Positions 27,506 to 37,226 are shown, counted from the stretch's first letter. The stretch: 64,000 nucleotides of DNA from Gemmatimonadota bacterium (GCA_027307165.1 DAHUXM010000016.1:182874-246873), one strand, 5' to 3'. The notes: generated from the letters alone by a model not told the origin. Numbers and translations are program-made.

Positions 27506-29098
27506 ATGCCGAACGAAGCTGAGGGGACGCACGCGGGGGCGCAATCGCGACGCCCCGCGCCACGTGCGGACGACGTTCGCATAGCGGCCATAGGCATCGG
27601 CTCCAATTCCATTCGGCAGATCGTCGCCGACGTATCTCCCGACGGCGAGATCCGCGTCATCGATGAGATGAAGGCCGCTCCGCGACTGGGCGAGGGCGTA
27701 GGCGAGACCGGGCGTATCGGGGAAGCCGCAATCCGCAACGCGCTCGACGCGCTGCTCCGCATGGCCACGCTCACGCGTCAGATGGGTGCTGTGCGCACCG
27801 AGGCTGTCGCCACCAGTGCCGTGCGGGATGCGGAGAACGGCGCCGAGTTCATCGCCGCTGTTCGCGACACGACCGGGCTGACGGTTCGCGTTCTGGACGG
27901 CGATCAGGAAGCTCTGCTGTCCTACAGAAGTGCGCTGGCGCACTTCGACCTGGCGACTGGACGTGCAGTAGTAATGGACATCGGCGGCGGCTCGCTCGAG
28001 CTGGCCCTGAGCGCCGACGGTCTGCTCGACGGCCTGATGTCGTTCCCGATGGGCGCCATCACGATGACTGAGCAGTTCTTCCGCAAGAGTCGCGGCCGCA
28101 AAGAGCTTGCGGAGCTGCGTCGGTACGCACGCAAGGAGCTGCGCGCCGCAGTGTCCCGTCGCGACTGGCACGGCGCTCGTTTGATCGGCTCCGGCGGTAC
28201 GTTCACCAATCTTGCCGGAATGATCCTGTCTCGGCAGGGCATGGGCCGCGCATCGGGCGTTCACGGCACGATAGTTACACGCGCGGAACTCGAGCACGTG
28301 CTCGATCTGTTGCAGGGGATGTCACCGTCGGAAAGGCAGACGGTGCCAGGGCTGTCGCCTGCGCGCGCCGACATCATCGTGGCGGGGCTCGCTGTTGCCG
28401 CGGAAGTGATGGCGCGCACCGAGGCGCGGGATCTGGTCGTGTCGGCGTATGGAATTCGCGAAGGGCTGCTGCTCGAAGCTGCGAGCATTACGCCGGCCGT
28501 CGCCGACCCAGGCGAGGCGCGCAGCCGCTCCGTGATGCAGCTCGCAGAGCGCTCGCATTACGAAGCACCGCACGCACAGCAGGTTCGACGAATCGCGCTC
28601 GAGATCTTCGATGCACTTGCCGCAAAACTGGAATTGGGCCCCAGTGACCGTGCGGTTCTAGCAGACGCCGCGCTGTTGCACGACATCGGTTACCACATAA
28701 ACTTCGAAGCGCATCACAAGCATTCGTATCACCTGATCCTGCACGCCGAGTTGCTGGGGATGACACCTGCCGAGCGCGTGATGGTCGCGAATGTTGCACG
28801 ATACCATCGTGGCGCGGCGCCGACGGCCCAGCATCGAGCGTACGCCGGTCTGGATCGCCAGCTCAGACGCCGCATCAAGCGACTGGCCGCGATCCTGCGG
28901 GTTGCGGACGGGCTGGATCGCGGCCATGCCAGCGCCGTGAAGGAGGTCGACACCGAACTCACGCGAACTGAATTCGCCATTCGGGCGATTCCAGCGTCGA
29001 GCTCCGATGATCTACGGCTCGAGCTATGGGGCGCGACGCGGAAGTGCGAGCTGCTGGAGGAAGTGCTCGGGGTTCCCGTGCGGATCGAGGCTGCGTAG
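27506..29098 (+). CDS. ppx: exopolyphosphatase / Ppx-GppA family with C-terminal HD domain
   Basis: 'AAIGIGSNSIRQIV' and 'DIGGGSLE' ASKHA-fold motifs, plus 'LLHDIGYHINFEAHHKHSYHLI' from the HD region. Confidence 0.85.
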   Translation: MPNEAEGTHAGAQSRRPAPRADDVRIAAIGIGSNSIRQIVADVSPDGEIRVIDEMKAAPRLGEGVGETGRIGEAAIRNALDALLRMATLTRQMGAVRTEAVATSAVRDAENGAEFIAAVRDTTGLTVRVLDGDQEALLSYRSALAHFDLATGRAVVMDIGGGSLELALSADGLLDGLMSFPMGAITMTEQFFRKSRGRKELAELRRYARKELRAAVSRRDWHGARLIGSGGTFTNLAGMILSRQGMGRASGVHGTIVTRAELEHVLDLLQGMSPSERQTVPGLSPARADIIVAGLAVAAEVMARTEARDLVVSAYGIREGLLLEAASITPAVADPGEARSRSVMQLAERSHYEAPHAQQVRRIALEIFDALAAKLELGPSDRAVLADAALLHDIGYHINFEAHHKHSYHLILHAELLGMTPAERVMVANVARYHRGAAPTAQHRAYAGLDRQLRRRIKRLAAILRVADGLDRGHASAVKEVDTELTRTEFAIRAIPASSSDDLRLELWGATRKCELLEEVLGVPVRIEAA

Positions 29099-29163
29099 GG
29101 GCCGGGGCCGGCGGGCCCGCGCCCGCCGCACTGCACCCTCCTCCGCCGTCCTATATTTCAGCT

Positions 29164-30081
29164 GTGACCAAGCATTCAATCGCGGATGATTTCGGCGCCG
29201 TGGACCGGGTCGGGATCGAGGAGCGGGTGGCCAAGTTCACCACGCGCAGCATCAAGAGGAAGTCCAAGCTCTGGGGCCTCCGTACCGCCGTCTCGATGGT
29301 CGATCTCACAACCCTCGAAGGCAAGGATACCCCGGGCAAGGTCGCATCGCTGTGCCACAAAGCCCGGCAGCCAAGCGACGACGCCACCATCCCGCCTGTC
29401 GCCGCGGTCTGCATCTATCCATCACTCATCAAGGAAGCGCGCAAGCATCTCGCCGATTCCCCGATCAAGATCGCGTCTGTCGCGACAGCTTTCCCGTCCG
29501 GCCAGAGTTCGCTCAAGGTCAGGTTGCAGGAAGTGAAGTACGCCGTGAACGCTGGCGCCGACGAGATCGACATGGTGATCAATCGTGGACTCTTTCTCTC
29601 CGGCGAGTACGATGCGGTGCAGGACGAGATTGCGGCGGTGGTCGAAGCCTGCGGAGACGCAACGCTCAAGGTGATCCTCGAAGTCTCCGAGCTCGAGACC
29701 TACGACAACGTCCGCGCTGCCTCGTTCATCGCGATGCAGGTGTTGCGCGCAGGTGACTTCATCAAGACCAGCACCGGAAAGGCCGGTGGTAGCGCGACCC
29801 TCGCCAACACGCAGGTAATGCTGGAAGCGATCCGCGATTTCTATCTCGATACTGGAACGCCGATCGGGATGAAGCCAGCCGGCGGAATCAGGACCGCAAA
29901 GCAGGCGTTGCATTATCTCGTCGCCGTCAAGGAAACGCTCGGCGATGCGTGGCTCAACTCGTCGCGCTATCGTTTCGGAGCAAGCTCGCTGTTGAACGAT
30001 CTGCTCCGCCAGATTCACAAGGAGAAGCACGGCGCGTACCAGGCACCATACTATTTCTCCGAAGCCGCTGAGAGCTACTGA
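29164..30081 (+). CDS. deoC: deoxyribose-phosphate aldolase (long, DERA-like form)
   Basis: 'MVDLTTLEG', 'AAVCIYP', 'DEIDMVIN' and 'FIKTSTGK' (Schiff-base Lys). The ORF opens at 29026 inside ppx and is trimmed to GTG 29164. The start is uncertain. Confidence 0.8.
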   Translation: MTKHSIADDFGAVDRVGIEERVAKFTTRSIKRKSKLWGLRTAVSMVDLTTLEGKDTPGKVASLCHKARQPSDDATIPPVAAVCIYPSLIKEARKHLADSPIKIASVATAFPSGQSSLKVRLQEVKYAVNAGADEIDMVINRGLFLSGEYDAVQDEIAAVVEACGDATLKVILEVSELETYDNVRAASFIAMQVLRAGDFIKTSTGKAGGSATLANTQVMLEAIRDFYLDTGTPIGMKPAGGIRTAKQALHYLVAVKETLGDAWLNSSRYRFGASSLLNDLLRQIHKEKHGAYQAPYYFSEAAESY

Positions 30082-30083
30082 AA

Positions 30084-31616
30084 ATGGCAATCACACTTGA
30101 TCCGTCCGAGAACGAATCCGCATCGAAGGATTCCAAGAAGAAACACGGACGCAGGCAGGGGATGCCGGAACTGATCTTCGGCGACCTGTGGGAATACGAC
30201 CCCGCACCGGAGACCGCGGATCCGCGCATCCGTCAGCGGTACGATCTGTTCATCGGCGGACGTTTCATCGCGCCGCAATCGGGCGAGTACTTCACGTCGA
30301 TCAATCCGGCCACGGAGCAACCCGTCACCGAGATTGCCCTCGCCAACTCGGCAGATGTCGATTCTGCGTACATGGCTGCACAGCTTGCGTACGAGACCGT
30401 CTGGCGCGACATGACCGGACGCGAGCGCGGAAAGTACATCTATCGCATCGCGCGGCTGCTGCAGGATCGCGCGCGTGAATTTGCGGTCGCAGAATCGATC
30501 GATGGCGGCAAGCCGATTCGCGAGTCGCGCGACTTTGACGTTCCCATGGCTGCGGCGCACTTCTTCTACCATGCGGGATGGGCCGACAAGCTGGCGTACG
30601 TCGCACCCGGCCGCACGGTCGAACCGATCGGCGTTGTCGGCCAGGTAATCCCGTGGAACTTCCCGCTGCTCATGCTCGCATGGAAGATCGCGCCGGCGAT
30701 GGCCGCAGGCAATTGCGTCGTGCTCAAGCCCGCGGAAACGACCTCCGCGACGGCGATGAAATTCGCTGAGTTGCTGCAGGAAGCGGAACTCCCCGATGGC
30801 GTTGTGAACATCGTAACCGGAGCGGGAGAAACCGGCGCTGCACTCACGGGTCATCCTGCCGCCCGCAAGATCGCTTTCACGGGATCGACCGAAGTCGGCA
30901 AGCTCATCATGCGACAGCTCGCCGAGCGTGGCACGCGCATGACGATGGAGCTGGGCGGCAAGGCAGCGAATGTAGTCTTCGAGGATTCACCGATCGATCA
31001 GGCCGTCGAGGGTGTCGTCAACGGCATCTTCTTCAATCAGGGCCACGTCTGCTGCGCAGGCAGTCGTCTGTTGATTCAGGAATCGATCGCGGATTCGTTC
31101 GTGCACAAGCTGCAACAGCGCATGGCCAGTCTCCGCGTCGGCGATCCGCTGGACAAGAACACCGACATCGGCGCAATCAACTCGCGCGAACAGCTGGACA
31201 AGATCTGCGACCTGGTGGAAAGCGGTGTCGCCGAAGGTGCGAAGCTATACCAACCTGCGTGCCCGCTTCCATCGCGTGGATTCTTCTTCCGCCCGACGCT
31301 GTTCACCGAAGTGACGCAGAGCCATCGCATCGCGCGGGAAGAGATCTTCGGGCCAGTGCTCAGCATCCTCACGTTCCGTACGATGGATGAAGCGATCGAG
31401 AAGGCCAACAATACGATGTACGGGCTGTCGGCGGGCGTATGGACCGACAAGGGCTCGCGCATTCTTCGCATGGCTGCGGAACTGAAGGCGGGCGTCGTGT
31501 GGGCCAATACGTTCAACAAGTTCGATCCATCCTCCCCCTTCGGCGGCTACAAGGAATCAGGCTTCGGACGCGAGGGCGGCCGCCAGGGCCTGCTCGATTA
31601 CCTGGAGCTGTCATGA
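30084..31616 (+). CDS. NAD(P)-dependent aldehyde dehydrogenase
   Basis: 'VIPWNFPLLM', 'FTGSTEVG', catalytic 'ELGGKAA' Glu and 'GHVCCAGSR' Cys. Confidence 0.85.
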   Translation: MAITLDPSENESASKDSKKKHGRRQGMPELIFGDLWEYDPAPETADPRIRQRYDLFIGGRFIAPQSGEYFTSINPATEQPVTEIALANSADVDSAYMAAQLAYETVWRDMTGRERGKYIYRIARLLQDRAREFAVAESIDGGKPIRESRDFDVPMAAAHFFYHAGWADKLAYVAPGRTVEPIGVVGQVIPWNFPLLMLAWKIAPAMAAGNCVVLKPAETTSATAMKFAELLQEAELPDGVVNIVTGAGETGAALTGHPAARKIAFTGSTEVGKLIMRQLAERGTRMTMELGGKAANVVFEDSPIDQAVEGVVNGIFFNQGHVCCAGSRLLIQESIADSFVHKLQQRMASLRVGDPLDKNTDIGAINSREQLDKICDLVESGVAEGAKLYQPACPLPSRGFFFRPTLFTEVTQSHRIAREEIFGPVLSILTFRTMDEAIEKANNTMYGLSAGVWTDKGSRILRMAAELKAGVVWANTFNKFDPSSPFGGYKESGFGREGGRQGLLDYLELS

Positions 31617-32479
31617 CCGCGCGCATCCCTGTAGTGAAGACGCCGAAAGTGTACGTCGGCGGTGCATTCATCCGCTCGGAGAGCGGCCGCACATTTCCCG
31701 TGTACGACAGCGGCGGACAGTTCGTCGCCAACGTTCCGCAATGCACGCGCAAGGATCTGCGCAACGCGGTCGAGGCCGCGGCGAAAGCAGGGCCTGGATG
31801 GTCTGCGCGCACGCCGTACAACCGCGGTCAGATCATTTATCGTCTCGCGGAGATGCTGGAGGCGCGCGCGGACGAGATGACGAGCGTGCTTCGCCAGTTC
31901 TCTCCGGAATGGACGACGGCCGCTGAACGCGAGGTCGCCGAATCCGTCGATCGGCTGGTCCACTATGCCGGCTGGGCGGACAAGTACGAGCAGGTGCTCG
32001 GCAGCGCCAATCCAGTCGCCGCACCGTTCTTCAATTTCACCATTACCGAGCCCGTCGGCGTGATCGGGATCATCGCGTCGGATGCATCGCCGTTGCTCGG
32101 CCTCATCACGCAGATCGCGGCGACGATCGTGAGCGGCAACACCATCGTGGCGCTCGCCTCCGAATCGACCCCCTACCCGGCTATCACTCTTGGCGAGATG
32201 CTGGCGACATCGGATCTACCCGGCGGTGTGGTCAACATCATCACAGGCTGCAGAAAGGAATTGATTCCGACCTTCGCGACGCACACGCACATCCGTGGAA
32301 TCGATGCAGTGGCAACCGGCGATGATGCAACTTCGCTGCGCCGCGGCGCGGCAGACAGCGTCAAGCGCGTGAAGGTGCGCCAGCCGGACATCGACTGGTC
32401 GTCCGACCGCGCGGAAGGCGTTTACGAGATCCGGCACTTCGTGGAATTCAAGACGGTCTGGCACCCCATAGGAGCGTGA
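31613..32479 (+). CDS. short aldehyde-dehydrogenase-like protein lacking catalytic Glu/Cys motifs
   Basis: ATGA overlap with the upstream ALDH. The N-terminal half aligns by eye to the ALDH cofactor-binding region ('LAEMLEARADE', 'EPVGVIGIIAS', 'GGVVNIITG'), but no ELGG or catalytic-Cys segment is present. 288 aa. Confidence 0.7.
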   Translation: MTARIPVVKTPKVYVGGAFIRSESGRTFPVYDSGGQFVANVPQCTRKDLRNAVEAAAKAGPGWSARTPYNRGQIIYRLAEMLEARADEMTSVLRQFSPEWTTAAEREVAESVDRLVHYAGWADKYEQVLGSANPVAAPFFNFTITEPVGVIGIIASDASPLLGLITQIAATIVSGNTIVALASESTPYPAITLGEMLATSDLPGGVVNIITGCRKELIPTFATHTHIRGIDAVATGDDATSLRRGAADSVKRVKVRQPDIDWSSDRAEGVYEIRHFVEFKTVWHPIGA

Positions 32480-32486
32480 GCCGGGA

Positions 32487-34613
32487 TCAGCTCCTGCGTG
32501 CTGTGTGCACGGCGCGCGCATCTTCTGTCCGGGCATCCGGCGGCGCACCGCCCCACGGATCGCGCAGGAATATGTCCTGCGTCGCGCGCACCGGCGCATC
32601 TCCGGGCTGTCGCTGCGTGTAGCTTCCATCCGGCGCAAGATCCCACGCCTCGCGGTTGTCGGTCAGCGAAGTGGTAAGGATCGAGTGCAGCTTCTCATGC
32701 AACAGCACGTCGTCGACCGGAACGATCGCCTCGACGCGGCGATCGAAGTTCCGCGTCATCCAGTCTGCTGACCCGATGTAGTACTCCGGCTCGCTGTCGT
32801 TGGCAAAGTAGAACAGCCGGGAGTGTTCCAGAAATCGACCGATCACGCTCATCACGCGAATGTTGTCGCTGGCACCGGGAATGCCGGGACGCAGGCAGCA
32901 GATGCCGCGGACGATGAGATCGATCTCGACACCGGCGCGCGAAGCGTCGTACAGAGCCTCGATGATCTGCTCGTCGACGATCGAGTTCATCTTGGCGATT
33001 ATGCGTCCCTTCTTCCCTACACTCGCAAGCGCAGTCTCCCGCTGGATCATCTCCATCAGCCGGTCGCGCATGTTCGCAGGTGCGACGAGGATCTTGCGAT
33101 ACAACCGCTGTCTGGAAAACCCGGTCAGTGCGTTGAACAGATCCGTGATGTCGGCGCCGATCGATCGGCTTACCGTGAACAGTCCCAGATCCGTGTACAA
33201 CCGCGCGGTCTTCGAATTGTAGTTGCCCGTACCGACATGGACGTATCTACGGATGCCGTCGGGCTCGCGCCGCACGACGAGTGTGGTCTTGGCGTGAGTC
33301 TTGAGTCCCGGCAATCCGTAAGCGACGTGCACCCCATAATCTTCCAGCGTGCGAGCCCAGGTGATGTTGTTCGCCTCGTCGAACCGCGCCTGCAGCTCCA
33401 CCAGCACCGCGACCTGCTTCCCCCGCTCGGCCGCATCCGTCAACGCGCGCACGATCGGCGTGTCACCTGACGTCCGGTACAGCGTCATCTTGATCGCGAG
33501 CACGTCGGGATCGACCGCTGCCGCCTGGACGAACTGCTCCACGCTTGCCGTGAACGACTCGTACGGATGATGCACGAGCAGGTCGCGCTCCTTGATCACA
33601 TCGAAGATCGAGCGCGTGGTATCGCGCAGGCGTACCGGTGTCACCGGAGCGAACGGCGGATCGCGCAGCTCGGGAATGTCCAGCGTCGCGAGCGTCATCA
33701 GATCGCCCAGCTCGAGCAGCGCGCCGCCATCCACCACATCGTCCGGCGTGAGCGCGAACTCAGGTGTCTGTTCCTCGCGCAGCTCGTCCACCAGAATCGC
33801 ACGGATCTCATCAGGCACACCCGTCTGCACTTCGACGCGCACGACTTCCGTGAACCTGCGCTGAAATACCTGCTCCTCGATCGCCGTGAGCAGGTCCTCG
33901 GTTTCGTCCGACGCCTTCACTTCCAGATCCGAGTAGCGTGTCACACGAAAGGCCCAGCTTCCGAGAATCTCCATGCCCGGAAACAGCGCGCCGAGGTTCG
34001 CGCTTATCACCTGCTCCACCGGGACGAAATGATTCGCGCGCCCGATGCCTACCCAGCGCGGGAGACTCTTGGGAATCTTGACGCGCGCGAAACGCTCGAC
34101 CTTGTTGTCGGGATCGTACAGCTGCACCGCGAGCGACAACGAGAGGTTCGAGATGTACGGAAACGGATGCGTCGGATCGACACCAAGCGGCGTGAGAACC
34201 GGAAAGATGTCGGACTCGAAGAAGTCGTCCACAGTCTGCCACTCGCCGGCGCTGAGCTCGCTCATAGTCACGAGCCGCACGCCGTGCGTTTCCAGCGCCG
34301 GAAGCAGGATGTCGTGAAGGCAGTGCTGCTGCATTCCCACCAGCTCGAGAATGCGCGCGCGAATGGCACTCACCAGCTCCGCTGGCACTATTCCATCCGG
34401 CCCGGTCGCTGCTGTCACGCCGGCGAGAAGCTGGCGCCGCAAACCCGCAACGCGAACCATGTAGAATTCGTCCAGGTTCGTGCTGAAGATCGAGAGAAAC
34501 TTGAGCCGCTCGAGCAATGGGTTGCGCGCGTCGAACGCCTCGTTGAGCACGCGAGCGTCGAACGCGAGCCAGCTCAGCTCACGGTTGATGTACAGCTCGG
34601 GATTGCTTGCCAT
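32487..34613 (-). CDS. ppk: polyphosphate kinase 1
   Basis: 'YINRELSWLAFDARVL', 'LKFLSIFSTNLDEFYMVRV', 'HAKTTLVVR' and 'GTGNYN' PLD-like motifs. Confidence 0.92.
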   Translation of the reverse strand: MASNPELYINRELSWLAFDARVLNEAFDARNPLLERLKFLSIFSTNLDEFYMVRVAGLRRQLLAGVTAATGPDGIVPAELVSAIRARILELVGMQQHCLHDILLPALETHGVRLVTMSELSAGEWQTVDDFFESDIFPVLTPLGVDPTHPFPYISNLSLSLAVQLYDPDNKVERFARVKIPKSLPRWVGIGRANHFVPVEQVISANLGALFPGMEILGSWAFRVTRYSDLEVKASDETEDLLTAIEEQVFQRRFTEVVRVEVQTGVPDEIRAILVDELREEQTPEFALTPDDVVDGGALLELGDLMTLATLDIPELRDPPFAPVTPVRLRDTTRSIFDVIKERDLLVHHPYESFTASVEQFVQAAAVDPDVLAIKMTLYRTSGDTPIVRALTDAAERGKQVAVLVELQARFDEANNITWARTLEDYGVHVAYGLPGLKTHAKTTLVVRREPDGIRRYVHVGTGNYNSKTARLYTDLGLFTVSRSIGADITDLFNALTGFSRQRLYRKILVAPANMRDRLMEMIQRETALASVGKKGRIIAKMNSIVDEQIIEALYDASRAGVEIDLIVRGICCLRPGIPGASDNIRVMSVIGRFLEHSRLFYFANDSEPEYYIGSADWMTRNFDRRVEAIVPVDDVLLHEKLHSILTTSLTDNREAWDLAPDGSYTQRQPGDAPVRATQDIFLRDPWGGAPPDARTEDARAVHTARRS

Positions 34614-35651
34614 CTAGAGTTTGACGATCGACGCCAGTATCCAGTAAGCGATTGCAGCCATGATGCCAGCGGCCGGAATTGTAACGACCCAGGCCCAGAC
34701 GATTCTCCTCGCGATTCCCCAGCGCACGGCCGACAGCCGAGTTGTCGCACCCACCCCCACGATCGCACCGGTGATGGTGTGGGTCGTGCTCACCGGAATT
34801 CCAAGTGACGTGGCTCCCAGAATCGCTATTGCGCCGGCCGTCTCTGCCGCGAACCCGCCCACTGGCCGAAGCTTCGTTATGCGCCGCCCCATCGTCGCCA
34901 CAATCCGCCACCCGCCAAACAACGTCCCCAGGGACATGGACGTGTACGCCGCCACTTCGACCCAGAACGGGACACCGTTGGCGTTGTCGACGTAGAGATG
35001 ACCCAGTATTCCGGTCTGATGCACCGTTAGTGCCCGCACCGACACCAGCAGTCCGACGATGATTCCCATCGTCTTCTGCGCGTCGTTGCCACCATGCGCG
35101 ACCGACAGGAGCGCCGAGCTCCCGAGCTGCATTACACGAAAGAGTCTGTCGACCTTGCCCGGATAGACGCGCCGGAAAATCCAGTAGATCGCGGTCATCA
35201 AAGCGAGCCCCACGACGAGGCCAACGATCGGGGAGATGACGATGAAGGACAGTGTCTCGATCCACTTGCGCCCCCACACGATTGCCGCCCAACCTGATTT
35301 CGCAATAGCAGCGCCGGCATAGCCACCTATCAGCGCATGCGATGAACTCGACGGAATCCCATAGGCCCACGTTATGAGATTCCACGTGATCGCGCCCAGC
35401 AGTGCGGCGAGTATCACGTTCGGATTGACGATCGCGACATCGATCATCCCGCTCCCGACCGTCTTCGCGACTGCCGTGCCGACTGTGAACAGCGCGAGAA
35501 AATTGAACGACGCCGCCCACACCACCGCGGCAACAGGACTCAGTACTCGCGTACCGACTATCGTCGCTATCGAGTTTGCGGAATCGTGAAAGCCGTTACT
35601 GAAATCGAAGACGAACGCGACAATGATTATCGCGACGACGTAACCAATCAC
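34614..35651 (-). CDS. inorganic phosphate transporter, PiT family
   Basis: 'FDFSNGFHDSANSIAT' and the repeated 'GGNDAQKTMG' PiT signatures. The stop abuts the ppk start (TAG-ATG). Confidence 0.9.
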   Translation of the reverse strand: MIGYVVAIIIVAFVFDFSNGFHDSANSIATIVGTRVLSPVAAVVWAASFNFLALFTVGTAVAKTVGSGMIDVAIVNPNVILAALLGAITWNLITWAYGIPSSSSHALIGGYAGAAIAKSGWAAIVWGRKWIETLSFIVISPIVGLVVGLALMTAIYWIFRRVYPGKVDRLFRVMQLGSSALLSVAHGGNDAQKTMGIIVGLLVSVRALTVHQTGILGHLYVDNANGVPFWVEVAAYTSMSLGTLFGGWRIVATMGRRITKLRPVGGFAAETAGAIAILGATSLGIPVSTTHTITGAIVGVGATTRLSAVRWGIARRIVWAWVVTIPAAGIMAAIAYWILASIVKL

Positions 35652-35654
35652 ACG

Positions 35655-36266
35655 CTATCCGTTCTTGAGTGCGATCGACTGCAGGACGTTCGCGACATCT
35701 TCCGCCTGGTCCAGTGCATCCTCGACCTTGTCGTACAGCTCCTTCCACTTGATCACTTCGATCGCGTCGAGCGCGCCGTCGAACAGCGCGCCCATCGACT
35801 CATGGTAGATGGCGTCGCCCTCTTCCTCCAGCTTCTTGAGCTCCTGTGCCTTGAGACCAACGACCTTCGGGTCCTTCATCCCACGTACCGCGGCCTCGAC
35901 CTGTACCGCTGCGCGAACCATCACATCTGACAACGTGACTGCAGCCTGATGAACGGTGGTGATCCTGAATATCTCGACCCGTCGCGCGGCTCCGTCAAGC
36001 AGATCGACGACTTCGTCCAGCGCCGACGCGAGCTGATGGATGTCCTCCCGGTCGAACGGCGTGATGAAAGTCCTGTCCAGCCGGTCGATTATCTCGCGCG
36101 TGATCTCGTCCGCTTCATGTTCGGCTGCCTTGATGGCCTGAACGTGCTCGGCCCGCCGCTCCGGCTCCCGGAAAAGCTGGTTCAATAGCCGCGCCGCAAG
36201 CGACAGACGTTCGGCGAGCTGGGTGAATAATTCGTAAAACTGCTCGTCGCGGGGTATAAGCCGCAC
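35655..36266 (-). CDS. DUF47 (PhoU-like, PiT-associated) protein
   Basis: 'PRDEQFYELF', 'EHEADEITREIIDRLDRTFITPFDREDI' and 'EEEGDAIYHE', typical of the DUF47 partner of PiT. The long ORF (to 37019) is trimmed to GTG 36264..36266. Confidence 0.8.
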   Translation of the reverse strand: MRLIPRDEQFYELFTQLAERLSLAARLLNQLFREPERRAEHVQAIKAAEHEADEITREIIDRLDRTFITPFDREDIHQLASALDEVVDLLDGAARRVEIFRITTVHQAAVTLSDVMVRAAVQVEAAVRGMKDPKVVGLKAQELKKLEEEGDAIYHESMGALFDGALDAIEVIKWKELYDKVEDALDQAEDVANVLQSIALKNG

Positions 36267-36278
36267 ACATCTCTCCAG

Positions 36279-36319
36279 ATCAAATAAAGCGTACGGGCGA
36301 GGCGTGCCTCGCCCGTACG
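36279..36319 (-). terminator. rho-independent terminator after the rhomboid gene
   Basis: Perfect 13-bp stem (cgtacgggcgagg / cctcgcccgtacg) with a 4-nt loop, followed on the minus strand by CTTTATTT. Confidence 0.6.
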
Positions 36320-36322
36320 AAG

Positions 36323-37060
36323 TTAGCCTCTCCGGAACGGTGCAGCCACCGCCCCGCGTGAAGTGAAGAACTTGATCAGCAGAAGACCGGTCACAAATCC
36401 GCCAACGTGGGCCCATACTGCCACCCCGCTTGAGAATTCCGACCCCATCTGACCCGACATCGCTATCCCCTCGAACAATTGCAACAGGAACCAGTAGATC
36501 AACACGATCCACGCTCGCACGTCCGCCAGAATGATGAAGAAGAACATCTTCACGCGAACATTTGGATATAGCAGCAGGAAGGCGCCCATCACCCCTGAAA
36601 TCGCTCCCGATGCGCCCACGGTCGGGACCGGAGAACCCGGGCTCGAAGCGATCTGGGCCAGACACGCGACGATCCCGCAGATGAGGTAGAATGCCAGATA
36701 TCGGACCGGCCCCATCGTGTCTTCGATCCCGCGGCCGAATACCCACAAAAAGAGCATGTTGCCCAGCAGATGGGCCCAGCTCCCGTGCAGGAAGATCGAG
36801 AACAGCGGCGTGAGGATGTTTATCGGATCGTTGTCCACCACGCACGCCAGCCCGCGCCCGAGCGGAACGGCGAGTCCGATCGGTGCGACGTGCGTTATCT
36901 CGCCCGGGACCATCCCGAAGTTGCAGATCGTCGCGGCGAGCCTCATCGGATCCACGCCGGCACCCTCGACCTGAATCCACACAGCTATCGTGACCAGGAT
37001 GATCAGGTAGTTCATCCATGCGATGCGCCGAGTCGGCAGGTTGGTTCCGACGGGAATCAT
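36323..37060 (-). CDS. rhomboid-family intramembrane serine protease
   Basis: 'HGSWAHLLGNMLFLWVFG' and the catalytic 'GASGAISGVMGA' motif. Six to seven TM helices. Confidence 0.85.
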   Translation of the reverse strand: MIPVGTNLPTRRIAWMNYLIILVTIAVWIQVEGAGVDPMRLAATICNFGMVPGEITHVAPIGLAVPLGRGLACVVDNDPINILTPLFSIFLHGSWAHLLGNMLFLWVFGRGIEDTMGPVRYLAFYLICGIVACLAQIASSPGSPVPTVGASGAISGVMGAFLLLYPNVRVKMFFFIILADVRAWIVLIYWFLLQLFEGIAMSGQMGSEFSSGVAVWAHVGGFVTGLLLIKFFTSRGAVAAPFRRG

Positions 37061-37226
37061 GCGTTTATCCGCGACTGTGCCATTCTGGCAGGAAAGTTCG
37101 GCATTTGCGTTGCTCTAGTAGTGGTCGCAGATAGCACCGTGCACGAGTCAGCGACGGCGCCCACATGCTCGGGGCTTGCAGTACTGCTCTCCAGCGTCGT
37201 TTTCACCCGAACCAGATAATACAGTC

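Noticed and set aside
37086-37100. Sigma-54-like TGGCAGGAAAGTTCG upstream of dnaK, sharing TCTGGCAGGAAA with 27489..27500.
   Set aside because: The -12 element is wrong: TTCG where TTGC is required, and the nearest TTGC is 8 nt too far. The 12-nt identity between the two sites is explained at 27489 by the ppx hairpin arm.
37061-37226. Heat-shock operators (CIRCE TTAGCACTC-N9-GAGTGCTAA or HAIR) upstream of dnaK.
   Set aside because: I found only a 10-bp palindrome, GCAGTACTGC, with no match to the CIRCE or HAIR half-sites.
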